DNA from: Macrostomum lignano
Taxonomy: Eukaryota
Assembly (NCBI GenBank): GCA_002269645.1
Contig: NIVC01002190.1
Coordinates: 149,327-194,886, forward strand
Length of the DNA stretch: 45,560 nucleotides
Reading direction: 5' to 3'
Shown here: one piece after another, positions 44,338 to 45,560 of the stretch
Position numbering within the stretch: position 1 is the first letter of the stretch
Layout: each line of letters starts with the position of its first letter
Notes under the pieces: model-generated
Told to the model about the DNA's origin: nothing
Databases searched by the model: none
The model's input: only the letters and a program-made list of their open reading frames with translations
Position numbers and translations under genes: made by a program

Positions 44338-45188
44338 ATGGACTCTGGAGGCGGTTCACGCGGTCGCGGCGGATTCCGCGGCGGATTCGGAGGTCGCGGT
44401 GGCGACGCTGGAGGCGGCGAGCGTGGCGGACGCGGCGGCCGAGGCGGCCGAGGTCGCGGACGCGGTGGCCGGGGTCGCGGCCGCGGTGGCCGAGGCGGCG
44501 ACAAAGGCAAGGAGGAGTGGCAGCCGGTCACCAAGCTGGGACGGCTGGTCAAGGACGGCAAGATCAAGTCCCTGGAAGAGGTGTACATGTTCGCCCTGCC
44601 GATCAAGGAGAGCGAGATCATCGACCAGTTCCTGGGCAGCCGGCTGAAGGACGAGGTGCTGAAGATCATGCCGGTGCAGAAGCAGACCCGCGCCGGTCAG
44701 CGCACCCGCTTCAAGGCGATCGTCGCCATCGGTGACTACGACAGGCACGTGGGTCTGGGAGTGAAGTGCTCCAAGGAGGTGGCCACCGCCATCCGCGTGC
44801 CATCATCCTGGCCAAGCTGTCGGTCATCCCGGTTCGCCTGGGCTACTGGGGCAACAAGATCGGCAAGCCCCACACGGTGCCGTGCAAGCTGACTGGAAAG
44901 TGCGGCTCCGTGGTGGTGCGACTGATCCCCGCTCCCAGGGGCACGGGCATTGTCGGGGCTCCCGTTCCGAAGAAGCTGCTGACGATGGCTGGCATCGAGG
45001 ACGTGTACACCTGCTCTCGAGGCCAGACCGCCACTCTGGGCAACTTTGCCAAGGCCACGTACCAGGCTATCCGGGGCACGTTCGAGTACCTGAGCCCCGA
45101 CCTGTGGCCCGAGGCCAACGCCGCCAACCACCCGTATGCTGAGCACTCGGACTTTTTGATGAAGGCTGCTCAGCCTCACCGTCACTGA
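44338..45188 (+). CDS. RPS2: 40S ribosomal protein S2 (uS5), single coding exon with a one-base frameshift at ~44797
   Basis: RGG N-terminus, [44 protein letters not shown]; adding one G gives GAIILAKLS...[16 protein letters not shown]...TLGNFAKAT. Confidence 0.97.
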
Positions 45189-45484
45189 AGATCTGCTTCG
45201 AGTGGTGTGATGGACCGGTGTGGTAGCAGTAGTGGGGTCCGGGATGTTTAGGAGAAGCCACTTTGACAGTTAAGACTGATGAACTGACGCGGACGTCACC
45301 GCTGTACCATCGCCCAGATTCGTTTTGTGTCTCGCCTAGCATAGAAGCGATATGTTTAACTCTAAAGAACTGTTCTTTGGTTGTTTTATTGGTTCAGTTT
45401 CTCCGTCAGGAGGAGTGTGTGTAGGTTCGTTGTCTGCTCGAGCTTGTGTCTGCGCCACCGCAGTCTGGAAGAAGTGTTTGGAGA

Positions 45485-45490
45485 AATAAA
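45485..45490 (+). terminator. Candidate AATAAA polyadenylation signal downstream of RPS2
   Basis: About 300 nt after the stop codon. Confidence 0.35.
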
Positions 45491-45560
45491 TTTAATCGAA
45501 TGCCTTTGTGAATGAAAAGAACGAACACCTTTGTTCACTTGGATAACTGCTGTTCTCATC

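Noticed and set aside
42736-44748. Long antisense ORFs over NAF1 and RPS2 (also over HAGH, UBA52 and the LINE)
   Set aside because: Shadow frames of GC-rich coding sequence with no recognisable domain.
44790-44800. Programmed ribosomal frameshifting in RPS2, NAF1, HAGH or the ankyrin gene
   Set aside because: No slippery heptamer or stimulatory structure is evident; small deletions in runs are the typical long-read error.

Overview
This is animal genomic DNA, with GC-rich exons in AT-rich spacers and a different minisatellite in or beside almost every intron. That architecture is reminiscent of a Macrostomum-type flatworm long-read assembly (inference only). Genes reconstructed by hand from splice signals: UBA52/RPL40 (+); a 3-exon ANKRD63-like ankyrin gene (-); a 4-exon Y-box/cold-shock gene (-); an intronless Mab-21/cGAS-like nucleotidyltransferase-fold gene with degenerate catalytic residues (-); glyoxalase II/HAGH (+, 9-kb intron, upstream mitochondrial-type AUG); NAF1 (+); and RPS2 (+). 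A candidate 84-aa, 4-exon gene that the ORF track misses lies between the Y-box and ankyrin genes; its last intron consists entirely of a 23-bp array and has GA..AG ends. Mobile DNA includes a decayed RTE-type LINE lacking its YADD motif, an older LINE fragment, a MULE transposase relic interrupted by a 785-bp TIR element, four TIR elements with 8-bp target duplications (one is 2.3 kb and carries about 20 perfect 5' splice sites), a foldback MITE, a 157-bp palindrome and a tRNA-derived SINE head. Four genes each have one 1-2 nt deletion frameshift, most likely sequencing errors. No CRISPR array, rRNA or intact tRNA was found. All homology calls are from memory of family motifs, not database searches.
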